DNA from: an uncultured Chloroflexia bacterium
GTDB taxonomy: Bacteria > Chloroflexota > Chloroflexia > QHBQ01 > JADMIH01
Direction: 5' to 3'
Assembly (NCBI GenBank): GCA_963797095.1
Contig: CAWCNY010000006.1
Span: 320,001-384,000 of the forward strand
Length of the DNA: 64,000 nucleotides
A model generated the notes under the pieces. It was not told the origin of the DNA. It searched no databases and saw only the letters and a list, made by a program, of their open reading frames with translations. Shown piece after piece: positions 1 to 10,530 of the stretch (position 1 is its first letter; the number at the start of each line of letters is the position of its first letter). The translations under genes were made by a program, and so were the position numbers.

Positions 1-447
1 TATGGCTGGGTAACTGCCCTCTTCGGTGGGCTGGCGCTAATCTGCGCCCTCAAAGAGCTAAACATCCTGCATCTGCCAACCCTCCAAATAGGCTGGCAGG
101 TCCCTCAAAGCTGGATGCGTCCAAGTCGCACGCTGGGCAACACCCTCTACGGCATAGTGCTCGGCGCGGGCATCTTCACCTTCATCCCGTTCGCCAGCTT
201 CTATCTCCTCCTCATGTGGGAGGTGGCGATGGGCGGTGCATCCCTGCAAGCTGCCGTCACGCTGGGCATCATCTACGGCTTCTTCAGGGGTCTGCCCGCC
301 ATCGTTGGTGGCATCTCCGTCCTGCGGGGTCAGTACCCCCTACCCATCAGCGACTGGCTGATAGCTCACCTGGGCCTATGGCACGCCATCAACGGCTTAG
401 TGCTCCTCTTCGTAAGCGGCCTCCTGCTGGGCTCCTTCGTCCTGTAG
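1..447 (+). CDS. Membrane protein, MauF/cytochrome c biogenesis-like (5' partial, runs off the window)
   Basis: Frame 1 is open from base 1 (YGWVTALFGGL...LPTLQIGWQVPQSWMR...LYGIVLGAGIFT); several TM helices; the WQVPxxW...YGxxLG motif resembles MauF-like proteins. Confidence 0.6.
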   Translation, partial: YGWVTALFGGLALICALKELNILHLPTLQIGWQVPQSWMRPSRTLGNTLYGIVLGAGIFTFIPFASFYLLLMWEVAMGGASLQAAVTLGIIYGFFRGLPAIVGGISVLRGQYPLPISDWLIAHLGLWHAINGLVLLFVSGLLLGSFVL

Positions 448-480
448 ATGAGGGGTTATTATGGCCAATAACACAAACTG

Positions 481-521
481 AATAAACAAGAATGGCGGCA
501 CAGCCGCCATTCTTGTTTATT
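481..521. terminator. Bidirectional intrinsic terminator
   Basis: Perfect hairpin AATAAACAAGAATGGCGGC-ACA-GCCGCCATTCTTGTTTATT between convergent genes. Confidence 0.85.
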
Positions 522-530
522 CCATACCCT

Positions 531-1259
531 CTATTGAGGGGCCTGAAGCGCCGCCGTGCTGAACAGCACATCAAACGTCTTGCAATAAATCACCACCGAC
601 CTTATACGCGTGGCGTCAATTTCCGGGTCTATAGTGTAACTGAATGAGCCGTTGGTAGCCTTTAGAGTGCCCAGGTTGTGCTCCCCCGTGTGCAACTCGC
701 CGCTCGTTTGCGGGTTGGGGTGCTCGCTCACATACACATAAAGATCAGGCCCATTGGCGGCATCCAGGTCTTGCAGCCGCAGAATATAGCTCCCGTCGAC
801 ATCCCGCGCAAGCACGGCCTGCCCGTTGGCATAGTGCACACTATCCTTCCGGTCGAAATTGCCCGCTGCTAGCACAACCGGGCCTGAAGGCTCCATACTC
901 TCGTCAGACGGCTTGTCCATCGCCATCTCGCCTTCCATATCACTATCACCCGCATTGCCCGCGTCGTCCATCACCGGGGTAGCATCACTCATACTGTCAC
1001 TGTTCGCTGCGCTGTCGTCCATGCTGTCGTCACTCGTAGCGGCGATTGTAGTTGCCGTAGGAATTGCCGTGGCTGTTGCTGGCACTGCCGTGCTGTTGTC
1101 AGCTACCACCGCAGGCACATTGATATTGTCGCCTTCCACAAGCGTGGTCCGAACAAACAAAGGGGATATAGTCCACCAGGCGAAGGCCACGGCGGCAACG
1201 AGAATCACCCCCGCTACAATGAGAAATAAGGGGTTCCGTCGTGCTTTCTGCAAAAACAT
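531..1259 (-). CDS. DM13 electron-transfer domain protein with N-terminal TM anchor
   Basis: NGPDLYVY, LGTLKATNGSFSY and SVVIYCKTFDVLF motifs; low-complexity acidic linker. Confidence 0.85.
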   Translation of the reverse strand: MFLQKARRNPLFLIVAGVILVAAVAFAWWTISPLFVRTTLVEGDNINVPAVVADNSTAVPATATAIPTATTIAATSDDSMDDSAANSDSMSDATPVMDDAGNAGDSDMEGEMAMDKPSDESMEPSGPVVLAAGNFDRKDSVHYANGQAVLARDVDGSYILRLQDLDAANGPDLYVYVSEHPNPQTSGELHTGEHNLGTLKATNGSFSYTIDPEIDATRIRSVVIYCKTFDVLFSTAALQAPQ

Positions 1260-1481
1260 GTGAGGCTCCTGTCTGTCGTGATCGTGTGGTGGCTCAACAA
1301 GTTCCGCGTGTATGCCTCCACTACTAAATGTTCACGACCAGTATGCCTGCCTGATCTTACAGCTTTATTACGAGGGCTGCGTTACCCTTAAACCCGCCCA
1401 AAACCCACCAACAAAGCCCTGTAGGGCCACCCCTCGTGGGTGCCCTGTTTGCTACTCGATGCCAGTGTGCTTTCGAAACCT

Positions 1482-2969
1482 CTACCCTTGAGCTTGAGCC
1501 TGTGATTCGCGCATGAACCGCTGAGACTCCTCAACCTGCCTGGCGGTTATCAGGCCCTCGCTGTGCAAGACTCGCAATACGTCGTCCATAGTAACAGCCG
1601 CGTGGCAGGTCAACCCATGCCGCGCCATCGCCTGCGGCCCTCCCTGCCCCCTATCTACAAGCACCACGATATCGCTAACCTTCAACCCTGCATCGTGCAA
1701 GTGCCCCACCACTTCCAGCTTGCTGGCCCCATCCGATACCACATCGTCCACCAGCACAGCCGTGCCCCCCTCGGGCCACACACCCTCCACCATCCGCTTG
1801 GTGCCGTGGGCCTTCGGTGCGCTACGCACGTACCCTCCCGGTATTCCCGTATACTGCGAAAGCGCCACCCCCAGCGGTATCCCTGCCTCCGCGATCCCCA
1901 CCACAATATCCGGCTTCAGCCCGGCACTTTCCATTGTATCGGCCATAACCCCCGCCACCGCCCTCAGCAAGCGCGGATACGACGACAGGATGCGTAGATT
2001 GTTGTAATAAGGCGAGATCAACCCCGACTTCAACTGCACAGGCTCAAACCTGATAGCCCCGATTTTGAACATCTCCAGGATCACATCCCGCAGCCCCGCA
2101 CTCTCCGCACTCCCAACTCCAATCTTCGTACTCCGCACTCCCAACTCCGCACTCCGCACTTCCTCAAGCCTATCACGCCACTCACGCGCAGCCGCGCCTG
2201 GGTCGTCCGCCTCGGTGACCCCTCGCGACACATTGATCACAAGCCCCACACCCTCGGCATCCAACCCAGCAGCCACCGCTGCCTGCAAATCGCCCCCTTG
2301 CGCGCCCACCCCTGGGCACAAGATAGGCAGATTGGGAGCCGTTCGCCGCACCATTGCCAGCATGCGCGGCTCGGTGGCGGGCGCGACCACCCCCACGCCT
2401 CCGCTCTCGTTCCAGGACGCCACGATCTTGCGGGTGATCGCCACATAGAGCGGCTCACCCGAAGCAGTTTCGATATCCTGCATCTCCTCGGCACCAGGAT
2501 TCGACGTTCGTACCACCAGGAAGCACCCTCTGCCCGGCCTCGAAATCAACGGCATCAACGCCTCCCTGCCCGGCGCTGGCATCGCTGTCACAGCGTCCAC
2601 GTCGAAAAGCTCGAACGCCTCATGCGCGCATCGCTCCAGCGTGTGCCCGATATCCGCGTACTTCGCGTCAAGGATGATCGGGATGTGGGGATAATGCCCC
2701 CTGATATACTCGCACGTCAACCTCAAAGCCCTTATGCCCGCCTCGCCTTCGGCTGAATAGAACTTGTATTGCGGCTTGAACGCGGCGGCGTAGGGCGCGG
2801 CCCCATCGATCACCCACTTGTTGAACGCGAATATATCCTCCGCTACGTCGCCTGTCCGGAACCGCTCCGGAAGCTTGCTGTGCAGCGGGTCAAGGCCAAC
2901 GCACAGGATCGACTTCTGGGCGCGGATAGCATCGTTCAATCGCTCGGCCCATGTGGATGTCTTGATCAT
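1482..2969 (-). CDS. pyrF: Bifunctional OMP decarboxylase / orotate phosphoribosyltransferase (PyrF-PyrE fusion)
   Basis: LCVGLDP, DAKYADIGHT, RTSNPG and PGVGAQGG (OMPDC), then LKSG and VLVDDVVSDGASK (OPRT PRPP loop). Confidence 0.95.
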   Translation of the reverse strand: MIKTSTWAERLNDAIRAQKSILCVGLDPLHSKLPERFRTGDVAEDIFAFNKWVIDGAAPYAAAFKPQYKFYSAEGEAGIRALRLTCEYIRGHYPHIPIILDAKYADIGHTLERCAHEAFELFDVDAVTAMPAPGREALMPLISRPGRGCFLVVRTSNPGAEEMQDIETASGEPLYVAITRKIVASWNESGGVGVVAPATEPRMLAMVRRTAPNLPILCPGVGAQGGDLQAAVAAGLDAEGVGLVINVSRGVTEADDPGAAAREWRDRLEEVRSAELGVRSTKIGVGSAESAGLRDVILEMFKIGAIRFEPVQLKSGLISPYYNNLRILSSYPRLLRAVAGVMADTMESAGLKPDIVVGIAEAGIPLGVALSQYTGIPGGYVRSAPKAHGTKRMVEGVWPEGGTAVLVDDVVSDGASKLEVVGHLHDAGLKVSDIVVLVDRGQGGPQAMARHGLTCHAAVTMDDVLRVLHSEGLITARQVEESQRFMRESQAQAQG

Positions 2970-2977
2970 ATTCTCCT

Positions 2978-3352
2978 CTAAACGGGTGGTGGAGTGGCTT
3001 GGTTATCTATCCAGCGTCGCATAGCTGCCAATCGTTGCGCCGCCAGGCTCTTCATTTTATCGCATCTCTTCTGTATGGATGCAACGGTGGTGCGTGGCGA
3101 GAACACCAGGTACCATATGCCCATCCTGAGCGACCTCACGTACTCGCCCAACTCGGCCAGCGGTATGATCTCGGCGCTCCCGAAAGCCAACTCAGGCGTG
3201 ACCACCGCCAGCACAACCTGATCCGCTTGTGCATACTCGCACTGTATTGCGATCACGTTGGCGTTCTCGCGCAAAACACTCGCCGCTTGCATAGTGCGTT
3301 CGGCCCTATCTATCGCTTCTGGCGTGATCCTCGGTGCCATGCGCTCCATCAA
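2978..3352 (-). CDS. Hypothetical protein within the pyr operon
   Basis: 124-aa ORF overlapping the pyrD stop and ending 8 nt before pyrF-E. Confidence 0.7.
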   Translation of the reverse strand: MMERMAPRITPEAIDRAERTMQAASVLRENANVIAIQCEYAQADQVVLAVVTPELAFGSAEIIPLAELGEYVRSLRMGIWYLVFSPRTTVASIQKRCDKMKSLAAQRLAAMRRWIDNQATPPPV

Positions 3353-4530
3353 TCCCGTTTGCTAGCCTCGGCAACCCGCACAGCCAGCAGGTGGTCCCAC
3401 ATCGGCCCGGTGGCTCCCTGCACCGCATCAGCCCCAGCCTCTCGGTAAGAGAAGTAATCGTCAGGCGTCAGGAAACCCCCAACCCCGATAATCGCGTAAT
3501 CATACCCATATTCGGCGCGTATTAGGGCCAGTCGCCCCACAATATCCAATCCTACCCCTCGAAGCGCCGCTCCGCACACGCCCGCCACCTGCCGCCCCGC
3601 GCCCGGCAGGGCCTGCCCGCCCTCCCCGGTCGTCACGGGCACAGGAACCGCGTTCACCGCCCCGTGCCCTTGCACATACGGCGCGGTCGCCGCCACGACA
3701 GCGCGCAACGTGGCCTCCCCCGCTTCGTCTACCCCGTAGCTCCCGATCTTGGCGAACAAAGGCCTGCTCCCTATCGCATCGCGCACGGCCCGGCACACCT
3801 CGCCCGCGGCCTCAGGGTCGTGGCATAGCAGACCATGCCCGCCCAGGTTGGGGCACGACAGATTCACCTCGATGGCGTGTGCCCCCGTTTCGGCGCACAT
3901 CGCCGCCGCCCGTGCGTGGTCAGCCACGAAATCGGCCCGGCTGCCCCCCGCCCTCGCCGTACCCGTCACGCTCGCCACCAGCGCCTGCCCGCGCCGGGCG
4001 TTACGTGCCGCCCGCTCCATATCGGCCTGCCATACTTCCGGGGCCTGCGCCGGCATCCCGAACGAATTAGTGATACTAAGCCTGTGAATATTCACCCGCT
4101 CATCGGGCCGGAACGCCCGCGCCACAAGCGGCGACCGCCCCATCTCAGTGGGCGCGATAGGCTCCTGGGCATCAACATACAGCACATTCGGCACAGGGTG
4201 CGAAGGCCATTCCCTGCTGCGCACCGTCTTGTAGTGGCACAGGTCAAATCCCCAACTGAAAGCAGCATCAGTGAACTTCGAATTGAGTAGCGGTCCTGAC
4301 GGAATACCAACCGGCCTGCGCAGCCGCAACCCCACCACCGTCACCCACTCCGATTCGGGCAAATCCAGCGCCGCCTCTATCTCGGGCGAAGGTTCCTCGG
4401 CGAATGGCCCGAACGGCCCCAGGTCGTAATTCTCCTGGTAGGTGAGCAAAGGATCGTAGAATGGATTTTGGACTTTGGACTTTGGATTTCGGATTGTTTT
4501 CTCTTGTTCCCCTGCTATCCTCAACTCCAA
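3349..4530 (-). CDS. pyrD: Dihydroorotate dehydrogenase-like flavoprotein
   Basis: YKTVRS, ITNSFGMP, EVNLSCPN and IIGVGG motifs; upstream of pyrFE; start uncertain (TTG 4530 or 4524). Confidence 0.8.
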   Translation of the reverse strand: MELRIAGEQEKTIRNPKSKVQNPFYDPLLTYQENYDLGPFGPFAEEPSPEIEAALDLPESEWVTVVGLRLRRPVGIPSGPLLNSKFTDAAFSWGFDLCHYKTVRSREWPSHPVPNVLYVDAQEPIAPTEMGRSPLVARAFRPDERVNIHRLSITNSFGMPAQAPEVWQADMERAARNARRGQALVASVTGTARAGGSRADFVADHARAAAMCAETGAHAIEVNLSCPNLGGHGLLCHDPEAAGEVCRAVRDAIGSRPLFAKIGSYGVDEAGEATLRAVVAATAPYVQGHGAVNAVPVPVTTGEGGQALPGAGRQVAGVCGAALRGVGLDIVGRLALIRAEYGYDYAIIGVGGFLTPDDYFSYREAGADAVQGATGPMWDHLLAVRVAEASKRD

Positions 4531-4583
4531 CCTCCACTTCCCTGCAAATAAATCCGCAATCTAAAATCTAAAATCCGCAATCG

Positions 4584-5585
4584 TTACACCGTGTGTGCTA
4601 TCGATTCTAATCCGCACACGTAGCGTACCATCCGCTCGAAGCCCATCCCGAAGCCCGCTTGTTGTGTGGCCCTCTCACGCCGCATCTCCACGTACCACTC
4701 GTAATCGGTCATCACCCCGCCCAGGTCCATTATCTGCCGGACGCTCTTCGATTGCAACATCCGCGTTTCCAGCAGGTAGGCATCAGGTTCCGTTTCCGAC
4801 GCCCCCATCACCTCGCCCACGCCAGGCATAAGCAGATCGCAGCACTCCACCACGCGCGGGTCGTGCCTGCAAATCTTCATTGTGAAGAACCGCGTCTCCA
4901 CCGGATAATGCGTGACGAACAGCGGCCCGCCCGCCACATCGGCCAGCGCGATTTCGTGCTCGTTCGACAGGTCCTCGCCCCACTCGATAAAATAACCCGC
5001 TCCCTGCAAGGCGATGATCGCCTCGTCGTAAGTCATCCGCTTGAACGGTGCCGCCACGCGCTCCAACATTCGAGACCCTACCCCGAGCGTGCCCAGCGAG
5101 CCTGCCGCAGTGGTGGCCGCGCGCCGCGCCATCTCCACCACCATTCGCTCCATGAGCCCCATCAGCTGTTCCAGGCTCCAACCGGCTGCCTCGGCCTCCA
5201 CCAGCGTGAACTCGGTCAGGTGCCGGTTGTCGCTTCTCCGCTCCGCCCTGAACGATCTCCCAATCGAGTAGACGGCCCCTAACTCTTGCATCAGCGGTTC
5301 GAGGTGCAACTGCGCCGTCTGCCGCAGAAACGCCTTCCCTCCACCTACTTCCACTGCGATCAATGTCCCCGGCTCGCCGCAAGCCCCCAACTGGTGGGTC
5401 AGCGTAGGCGCGACTACCTGTGTGAACCCCTCCCCATCCAGCGTATCCTGCGCTGCCTGCAAGAGGGCCGCCTTCACCCGCGCAATATGGGCGGCTTGCA
5501 TAGCATTTGCCGCTCCCGCACCCGTTCTACCGGGGATGCCTATGGGAGTCTGCGGGCCGATCCACCCACTAGCTACCGTTTGCAT
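4584..5585 (-). CDS. Asparaginyl-tRNA synthetase paralog lacking the anticodon-binding domain (AsnRS2 / archaeal-type asparagine synthetase-like)
   Basis: Class IIb motif 2 FRAE..RHLTEF and motif 3 GFGMGFER; no OB-fold; ATG 5585 has a GGAGGG RBS. Confidence 0.8.
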   Translation of the reverse strand: MQTVASGWIGPQTPIGIPGRTGAGAANAMQAAHIARVKAALLQAAQDTLDGEGFTQVVAPTLTHQLGACGEPGTLIAVEVGGGKAFLRQTAQLHLEPLMQELGAVYSIGRSFRAERRSDNRHLTEFTLVEAEAAGWSLEQLMGLMERMVVEMARRAATTAAGSLGTLGVGSRMLERVAAPFKRMTYDEAIIALQGAGYFIEWGEDLSNEHEIALADVAGGPLFVTHYPVETRFFTMKICRHDPRVVECCDLLMPGVGEVMGASETEPDAYLLETRMLQSKSVRQIMDLGGVMTDYEWYVEMRRERATQQAGFGMGFERMVRYVCGLESIAHTV

Positions 5586-5840
5586 TTTCCCCTCCGGCGC
5601 TGGTGTAAAGCCCCTTGCTACAAAAATACCTTGCCCATCGGCAAGGTTGGCAGCTACATGCTTTACACCAACCTTTTCGACCTCACAGGGCCGATAATTA
5701 AAGGTCGTTCCGGGCTGGCCTACGCCTGGCACCCCAGGTTTCCAGCTACCCAAGTATAAGCGCTCATCCCCCAACCTGTCAATACACTTGTCCACCGATA
5801 GCAGGGCGGATGCAAAGAGTTGTAGGGGCGAGGCATGCCA

Positions 5841-7119
5841 CAATGGTGCCGCATAAAAGTTGGGCTCTTAGTCTGGTAGACTTGAGGTTGCAAAACAAAC
5901 AAGTTGAACCAGAGGAGCCCAACTACATGATACCAGATTGGATAGGGTGTGGCCGTCGGCAATACCGCATGGTGCAACCACTGATTGAACAGTCTACCCA
6001 CAAAGGAGAAGGAGGAGCAGACCGATATCGCAAGCATTTCATGGCTCGCCCTCACATATGGTTGTTGATCCTGCATCTGGCTCATGGAGGAGCTAGTCTG
6101 CGCCAAAGCCATGCTCAATTAGGAGCTAATCTTCCCTTACGCCAGCGGTTGGGTATGCCTGATTGGGTCAGCCTGAGCCAATTGGCACGCCCCTCCACAA
6201 GCAGACAACCTGATTGCTTCGAGTGGTTGCTTGGGGCACTTACCAGCTTGGTCAAGCGAACACCACTCTTGCGCAGGGACAGGGATAAGGACCACGATTG
6301 GCTTGCGCTGAACCGCACCATCCCCATTGACTCCACCTTCCTACGCCTGTCGGCCAAGCTAAGCCCGTGGAGCAAACAGGGTGGATACGAAGCAGGGGTA
6401 CGAGTACAATACAGTTTGGAGCTAGCCACGCACATACCACAGTTACTATGCATACACGGGGTAGCCAAGAATGACCACGTTGCGCTACACGAGCAAGACC
6501 TCGCCTCTCTTGCCGGGTGGACCATAGACCATATTGGTAGACCTGGGCTACTACGGGCATCGTCAGTTCAAGAGGTTGCCAGATAACAGTGTGCATTTTG
6601 TGACCAAACTCAACGCACAAGCTTCCTATCTGGTAACCAGTTCTGGTAACCGGTCAAAGAGCGATCAATCAGAAACAGGGTTGGACAAAGGCCGATGATG
6701 TGGTTGTATCCGACCACACAATCACTTTAGGCAGTGCCAATAACAGACGAGGAGCAGTGCTACCTAACATACGGTTGGTAACAAGCCGCAATCCTGAGGG
6801 TAAGCAATGTCATTTGATTACCGACCGGCACGATTTGGAGGCATGGGAGGTGGTGGAATTGTACCGTAGGAGGTGGCAGATAGAACTGTTCTTTCGTTGG
6901 CTCAAGCGTCAACTAGGGGCTGTGCGTCCTTTCGGGCAGAGCAAGGAAGCTGTATGGCTGACGATAATGACGGCTGGCATTGTGGCGTTGATGTGGCTGT
7001 TGTTGGACCAGATGAACGCTCGACCTCCAGCTATGTCGCGCATATCATGGCTGCGGGCTGTCGTGGTCGCTCTGCACCCTGCTCTTAACCTCTCCGGTTG
7101 ATTTTTATGCGGCCCATTG
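5841..7119 (+). mobile_element. IS4-family insertion sequence
   Basis: TIRs CAATGGTGCCGCATAAAA / TTTTATGCGGCCCATTG; flanking duplication AGGCATGCC(A/T) at 5831-5840 and 7120-7129. Confidence 0.85.
5969..7101 (+). pseudogene. IS4-family DDE transposase, frameshifted
   Basis: IDST, VDLGYY (other frame) and YRRRWQIELFFRWLK motifs split across frames by indels near 6520-6700. Confidence 0.85.
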
Positions 7120-7882
7120 AGGCATGCCTCGCCCCTACAACGAATTTATCCTCCCAACTATATACCGACTTTCCACAAACTGACTGTGCATCCGCCCCGT
7201 CCACCGGTAGCAGTGCAGTTCAGGATAAAAGTAGAGGTAGATTGTTTAGAGGATATCCCTTGTTAGCAATGCTATCGCATAAGAATCCCGGAAATGGTCC
7301 AAGTACGAGCTCTCCCAATGGGTGCCCTGCCCCATTTCCACCCAGGCCAAGTCCCTTCGGGACTATCGGGACTATATGGAGGTAGCGCACCATGGAGGTG
7401 GCGCACCGCCTTCTACTTCCTCTACTACCGTCTCTATGGTACTTGGCTTGGGTGGCAATCTATTGGGCACCTATGAGGGGTTCCCTACATGTCTACGCCC
7501 CTTACGTTTTTGTGCGACAGCATGCCCACCAGGGATGCCCTATACTCCAATAAGGATCCTCCCCCACCAGGGCATCACAAGAAGTACCTCTGCATCACAT
7601 CCACAAAACCACCCGAAAGTACACCCCAAAACCTGTCCAGTTTTGCCCCACAAATGCCATTTAGTATGTGAGGGCTGATCTAACCACAAAATCCCAAAAC
7701 AACTACAAAACCTCCAAAAACCGCATGACATATACCAAAGTCCACATCCATACACCAAGAAGCACCAACCAACAACCAACAACTCCGACACTCGTCACTC
7801 GTCCAAATATGCTATAATAATCAGTTGAACGCCGCTTTTGCGGCCTATTTGATGGCACGCACCCACACCACAGGAGCCTCAA

Positions 7883-9049
7883 ATGTTACAGACCGAACCC
7901 AACCCGGCGGAAGTAGAGAGCGCCGCTCCCGAACGCCTCTATTCCTTTAACGCGCTGGCCCGCAGGATCGAGCGCGTGCGAGCCGCCATGAGCGACAAAG
8001 GCATCGACAGCATGCTTGTCTCTCACCCCTATAACCGCAACTACCTGATCGGCTTCAGCGGCGAAGACCAGCCCCCGCTCGACACAGCGGGCATGCTGAT
8101 CATCGGCCCCGAAGACCTCTGCCTCGTCACCGATGGCCGCTACACCATCCAGACCGCCGAAGAGCTTTACCCTGAGCTTGGCATCGAGGTCGTAGCCCGC
8201 CAGGGCAGGGTCGCCCCCGCCCTCGCCGAGCAGATCATCAAGCGCAACTGCCGTCGCCTCGGCTTCGAGACCGCCCACCTGCTCCATCTCCTCTGGCGCT
8301 CCCTCGACAAGTCTCTCCCCGATACCGACTTGATCCCAGTAACAAGGCTGGTCGAACCTCTCAGGATGGTCAAGGACGACGACGAAATGGCGATCATGCG
8401 CGAAGCCAGCCGCCTTTCCGACCAGGCCTTCAACATAGTCAGCAGTCGGATCGAGCCGGGCATGACCGAGAAACAGGTCGCCTGGGACATGGAGCGCACA
8501 ATGCGCGAGCTAGGTGCAGATGAGCGTGCATTCGGCACGATAGTGGGCTCAGGCCCCAACGGCGCGATGGCCCACGCCATCCCCGGCAACCGCCAGATCC
8601 AGGCGGGTGAGCCTATCGTCATAGATATGGGCGCTCACCTCAACGGCTACAACTCCGATATGACCCGCACGATCATGCTCGGAGAGCCTACCGACAAGTT
8701 CCGCGAGATCTACAACATCGTGCTCAAAGCCCAACTGGATGCCGAGCACGCCATCAAAGCAGGCATGACGGGCGTGGAAGTCGACAAAATTGCCCGCGAC
8801 GTTATCGAAGCCGCAGGCTATGGCGACCAATTCAACCACAGCCTCGGCCACGGCGTCGGCCTCGAAGTGCACGAAGCCCCCAGCTTCAGCAAATTCTCAG
8901 AAGACACCATGGAAGAAGGCAACGTCATGAGCGTTGAGCCGGGCATCTACATAGAGGGCTGGGGCGGCGTCCGCATAGAAGACCTGGTCATGATCCGCCG
9001 CGACGATGCCGAAGTGCTAACCCTGGCCGACAAACATCTAGAATACTAA
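7883..9049 (+). CDS. pepQ: Xaa-Pro aminopeptidase/dipeptidase (M24B)
   Basis: DMGA..GYNSDMTRT, HSLGHGVGLEVHE and EPGIY..GGVRIED motifs; upstream of efp. Confidence 0.92.
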   Translation: MLQTEPNPAEVESAAPERLYSFNALARRIERVRAAMSDKGIDSMLVSHPYNRNYLIGFSGEDQPPLDTAGMLIIGPEDLCLVTDGRYTIQTAEELYPELGIEVVARQGRVAPALAEQIIKRNCRRLGFETAHLLHLLWRSLDKSLPDTDLIPVTRLVEPLRMVKDDDEMAIMREASRLSDQAFNIVSSRIEPGMTEKQVAWDMERTMRELGADERAFGTIVGSGPNGAMAHAIPGNRQIQAGEPIVIDMGAHLNGYNSDMTRTIMLGEPTDKFREIYNIVLKAQLDAEHAIKAGMTGVEVDKIARDVIEAAGYGDQFNHSLGHGVGLEVHEAPSFSKFSEDTMEEGNVMSVEPGIYIEGWGGVRIEDLVMIRRDDAEVLTLADKHLEY

Positions 9050-9152
9050 AGTTGCTAGCGCCAGTTGCTAGCGCCGGTTCCAAGTTCCAAGTTGCTGCTT
9101 CCGACTACCGACTGGCGCTAGCAACTAAACACCCCAAACAGGAGAACAAAGA

Positions 9153-9713
9153 ATGACAGTAACCACAAGTGAGTTGAGGAAGGGATTAACAATCCAGATG
9201 GACGGTGACCTGTACAAAATCACCGACTGGCAGCACAACAAACAGGGTCGTGGCAGCGCCCAGGTGCGCCTCCAGTTGAAGAATCTCCGCACCGGAACCA
9301 ACACAGAGCGAACATTCCAGGCAGGGGCCAAGTTCGATGATGTGCGCCTTGAGCGCCGCGAACTACAATTCTTGTACGCCGATGGCGATGTATTCAACTT
9401 CATGGACCCGGAAACCTACGAGCAGTTAAGCCTCAGCGCCGACCTGTTGGGTGATGCTGTGAATTACATGCGCGAGAACGAGAATATTGACGTTCTTATG
9501 CACGACGATGCGTTTGTCGATATTGACCTTCCCGCCGCCGTAGTTCTCACAGTGACCGAAAGCGAGCCAGGCGTGAAGGGCGACACAGCCACAGGTGCAA
9601 CCAAACCCGCTAAGCTGGAGACAGGGCTTGTGGTCAATGTACCTCTATTCATCAACGAAGGCGACCGGGTAAAGGTAGATACCCGCTCAAGCAAGTATCT
9701 GGAACGAGCATAA
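9153..9713 (+). CDS. efp: Elongation factor P
   Basis: KQGRGSA loop; PGVKGDTA..KPAKLETG..VPLFI. Confidence 0.97.
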   Translation: MTVTTSELRKGLTIQMDGDLYKITDWQHNKQGRGSAQVRLQLKNLRTGTNTERTFQAGAKFDDVRLERRELQFLYADGDVFNFMDPETYEQLSLSADLLGDAVNYMRENENIDVLMHDDAFVDIDLPAAVVLTVTESEPGVKGDTATGATKPAKLETGLVVNVPLFINEGDRVKVDTRSSKYLERA

Positions 9714-9831
9714 AACCTGACGAGTGAATGACATATTGTGTACTTCGTACTGCGTATTCACTCGTCACTCGTCACTCGTTACTCGTAATCTTCATTCTTC
9801 GTCCTCACGTATCACTCCCAAGGGGGCACCC

Positions 9832-10428
9832 ATGGTAAGACTCCCCGAGAAAGGCCCAGGCGACCGCTCTCAAGCTGATGCTTATGGCGACAGTTTTGTT
9901 CTCCCGACCCTGGCCGAGCTGAGCCAGGAAGTCAAGGAGCTTGTACGCCATATCTCTACAACCGATGTCAGCGAGCTACATCTTGAGAGTGGGCCTATTC
10001 GCATAATCATAAAGCGCGGCATCGCCAATGGCGCGCAGGCGGTTGCCCTGCCCCCTGTTGCCTATCCCCCAGCTGGTGCGGTCTTTACCCCTCCGCCCGT
10101 ACTCCCGATCTCCGATACGTCCAGCATGGTGAGCATGATAGGCCAAAGCCCCTCGCACGGCGAAGGCGTAATGCTGGCCGAGGGCGAGCAATTGATCGTA
10201 GCACCTATGGTCGGTACCTTCTATGTCGCGCCCTCTCCAGGAGCCGATCCCTACGTAACCGAAGGCGACCTCGTCGAACCGGGCCAGGTGGTGGGCATCA
10301 TCGAAGCCATGAAGATGATGAACCCCATCGAGTCAGAAGTTACAGGCATCGTAGTCCGCATGCTGGTCCAGAATGCCCAGCCGGTCGAGTACAACCAGCC
10401 TTTGATGGTGGTATCTGCCGGAACGTGA
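9832..10428 (+). CDS. accB: Acetyl-CoA carboxylase biotin carboxyl carrier protein
   Basis: APMVGTFY and EAMKM biotinylation motifs; AAGGGGG RBS before ATG 9832. Confidence 0.93.
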   Translation: MVRLPEKGPGDRSQADAYGDSFVLPTLAELSQEVKELVRHISTTDVSELHLESGPIRIIIKRGIANGAQAVALPPVAYPPAGAVFTPPPVLPISDTSSMVSMIGQSPSHGEGVMLAEGEQLIVAPMVGTFYVAPSPGADPYVTEGDLVEPGQVVGIIEAMKMMNPIESEVTGIVVRMLVQNAQPVEYNQPLMVVSAGT

Positions 10429-10530
10429 TACGTGACACGTGATACGTGACTACTGTGCACTGCGTATTCATTTGTCACTCGTCACCCATCGTCCTTACAT
10501 AGGACGTATCACACGTCACGTATCAAATCC

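Noticed and set aside
7140-7880. Protein-coding genes or a riboswitch between the IS4 and pepQ
   Set aside because: Short ORFs without motifs; the sequence is explained by degenerate REP-like modules and a promoter
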